NCBI GenBank assembly: GCA_020053055.1
Contig: JAGVNX010000040.1
Location: 1 to 43,069 of the forward strand
Length of the DNA stretch: 43,069 bases
Origin: Candidatus Iainarchaeum sp.
Lineage (GTDB): Archaea > Iainarchaeota > Iainarchaeia > Iainarchaeales > GCA-2688035
Reading direction: 5' to 3'
Shown: one piece after another, positions 42,697-43,069 of the stretch
Position numbering within the stretch: the stretch's first letter is position 1
Layout of the letters: every line of letters starts with the position of its first letter
Notes under the pieces: model-generated
Told to the model about the DNA's origin: nothing
The model's input: only the letters and a program-made list of their open reading frames with translations
Database searches by the model: none
Position numbers and translations under genes: made by a program

Positions 42697-43069
42697 TTAT
42701 TCCTCGATTTTGATTCCGAATTCTTCGTCAATTTCTCTTGCTGTTTTTTTCATTTTTTCAAAAACCCTTTCAATGTCTTCCTGGATTTCCTCAATTGTGC
42801 GGAACATGCTTCTGCTTCTCGGCAGGTAAAACCTGCCCTGCCTTGTAATAAGGCCGCTTCTTTGAAGGTTATTCAAATGGTTAATAACAGAGCCACGGCT
42901 CATTTTAACGATTTTTGAAATCTGGGTGCTGGAAACAGGCTTGTTTTCAGTTGCCATGACAACAACCCTGAAAACATTGGAAGCAGTTTTTTCCCTGTCA
43001 ATAGGCTCGAAAAATCCGAGGCAACTGCAAATCCATTCAAGCTCCTTGTCAAGGTCCCTTGAAAAAGGC
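42697..43069 (-). CDS. Winged-helix transcriptional regulator (GbsR/MarR-like), N-terminus outside the window
   Basis: The frame stays open upstream of the track ATG (42957) to the window edge: ...LGFFEPIDREKTASNVFRVVVMATENKPVSSTQISKIVKMSRGSVINHLNNLQRSGLITRQG. Confidence 0.6.
   Translation of the reverse strand, partial: PFSRDLDKELEWICSCLGFFEPIDREKTASNVFRVVVMATENKPVSSTQISKIVKMSRGSVINHLNNLQRSGLITRQGRFYLPRSRSMFRTIEEIQEDIERVFEKMKKTAREIDEEFGIKIEE

Noticed and set aside
1-43069. CRISPR arrays, rRNA genes, additional tRNAs and integrase-bounded islands.
   Set aside because: I saw no regularly spaced direct repeats. There is no T-loop-like GGTTCGAATCC other than at 18774. No rRNA-like conserved blocks and no tyrosine- or serine-recombinase-like ORF were seen.

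Overview
The window is a 43-kb archaeal chromosomal segment. It is AT-rich and tightly packed, with GGTGAT-type Shine-Dalgarno sites and Lys/Glu-rich tails on many proteins. This fits a reduced-genome, DPANN-like archaeon, but that placement is inference only. About 35 kb is the conserved information-processing backbone, almost all on the + strand. It runs L3-L4-L23-L2-S19-L22-S3-L29-aIF1-Rpp29-S17-L14-L24-S4e-L5-S14-S8-L6-L32e-L19e-L18-S5-L30-L15-SecY, then DUF106-L34e-L14e-S13-S4-S11-RpoD. Next come tRNA-Leu(UAA), L18e-L13-S9-RpoN-S2, a MEMO-like gene, a TrmB-like gene and GluRS. After a break it continues L7Ae-S28e-L24e-NDK-dUTPase-aIF5B-S6e-aIF2gamma-PIN-RpoE'-Spt4-S24e-S27ae, then a CPBP protease, Sua5 and Kae1.

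Accessory content:
- a RelE-type toxin/antitoxin pair
- a LAGLIDADG endonuclease ORF
- a TnpB (IS200/IS605-type) element with no TnpA
- a secreted Lon-like S16 protease
- a minus-strand cluster of uncharacterised membrane and small basic proteins with a wHTH regulator

Main findings:
1. kae1 is broken by two in-frame TAA codons. Both lie inside an 18-nt segment bounded by a textbook bulge-helix-bulge (BHB) motif. Removing it restores the conserved GIESTAHTFGVGIV motif, so this is a candidate BHB mini-intron in a protein-coding gene.
2. The upstream LAGLIDADG ORF reads in frame into kae1 exon 1 and stops on the intronic stop codon.
3. tRNA-Leu carries a 132-nt intron. Its core is about 85% identical, with a 33-nt perfect block, to a 256-nt insertion between S28e and L24e. 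That insertion is flanked by a 17-nt duplication of the L24e start.
4. A GC-rich, ORF-poor, helix-rich island of about 240 nt at 25.2 kb looks like an unassigned structured RNA.

All calls come from reading the sequence and the ORF track. No searches were run.
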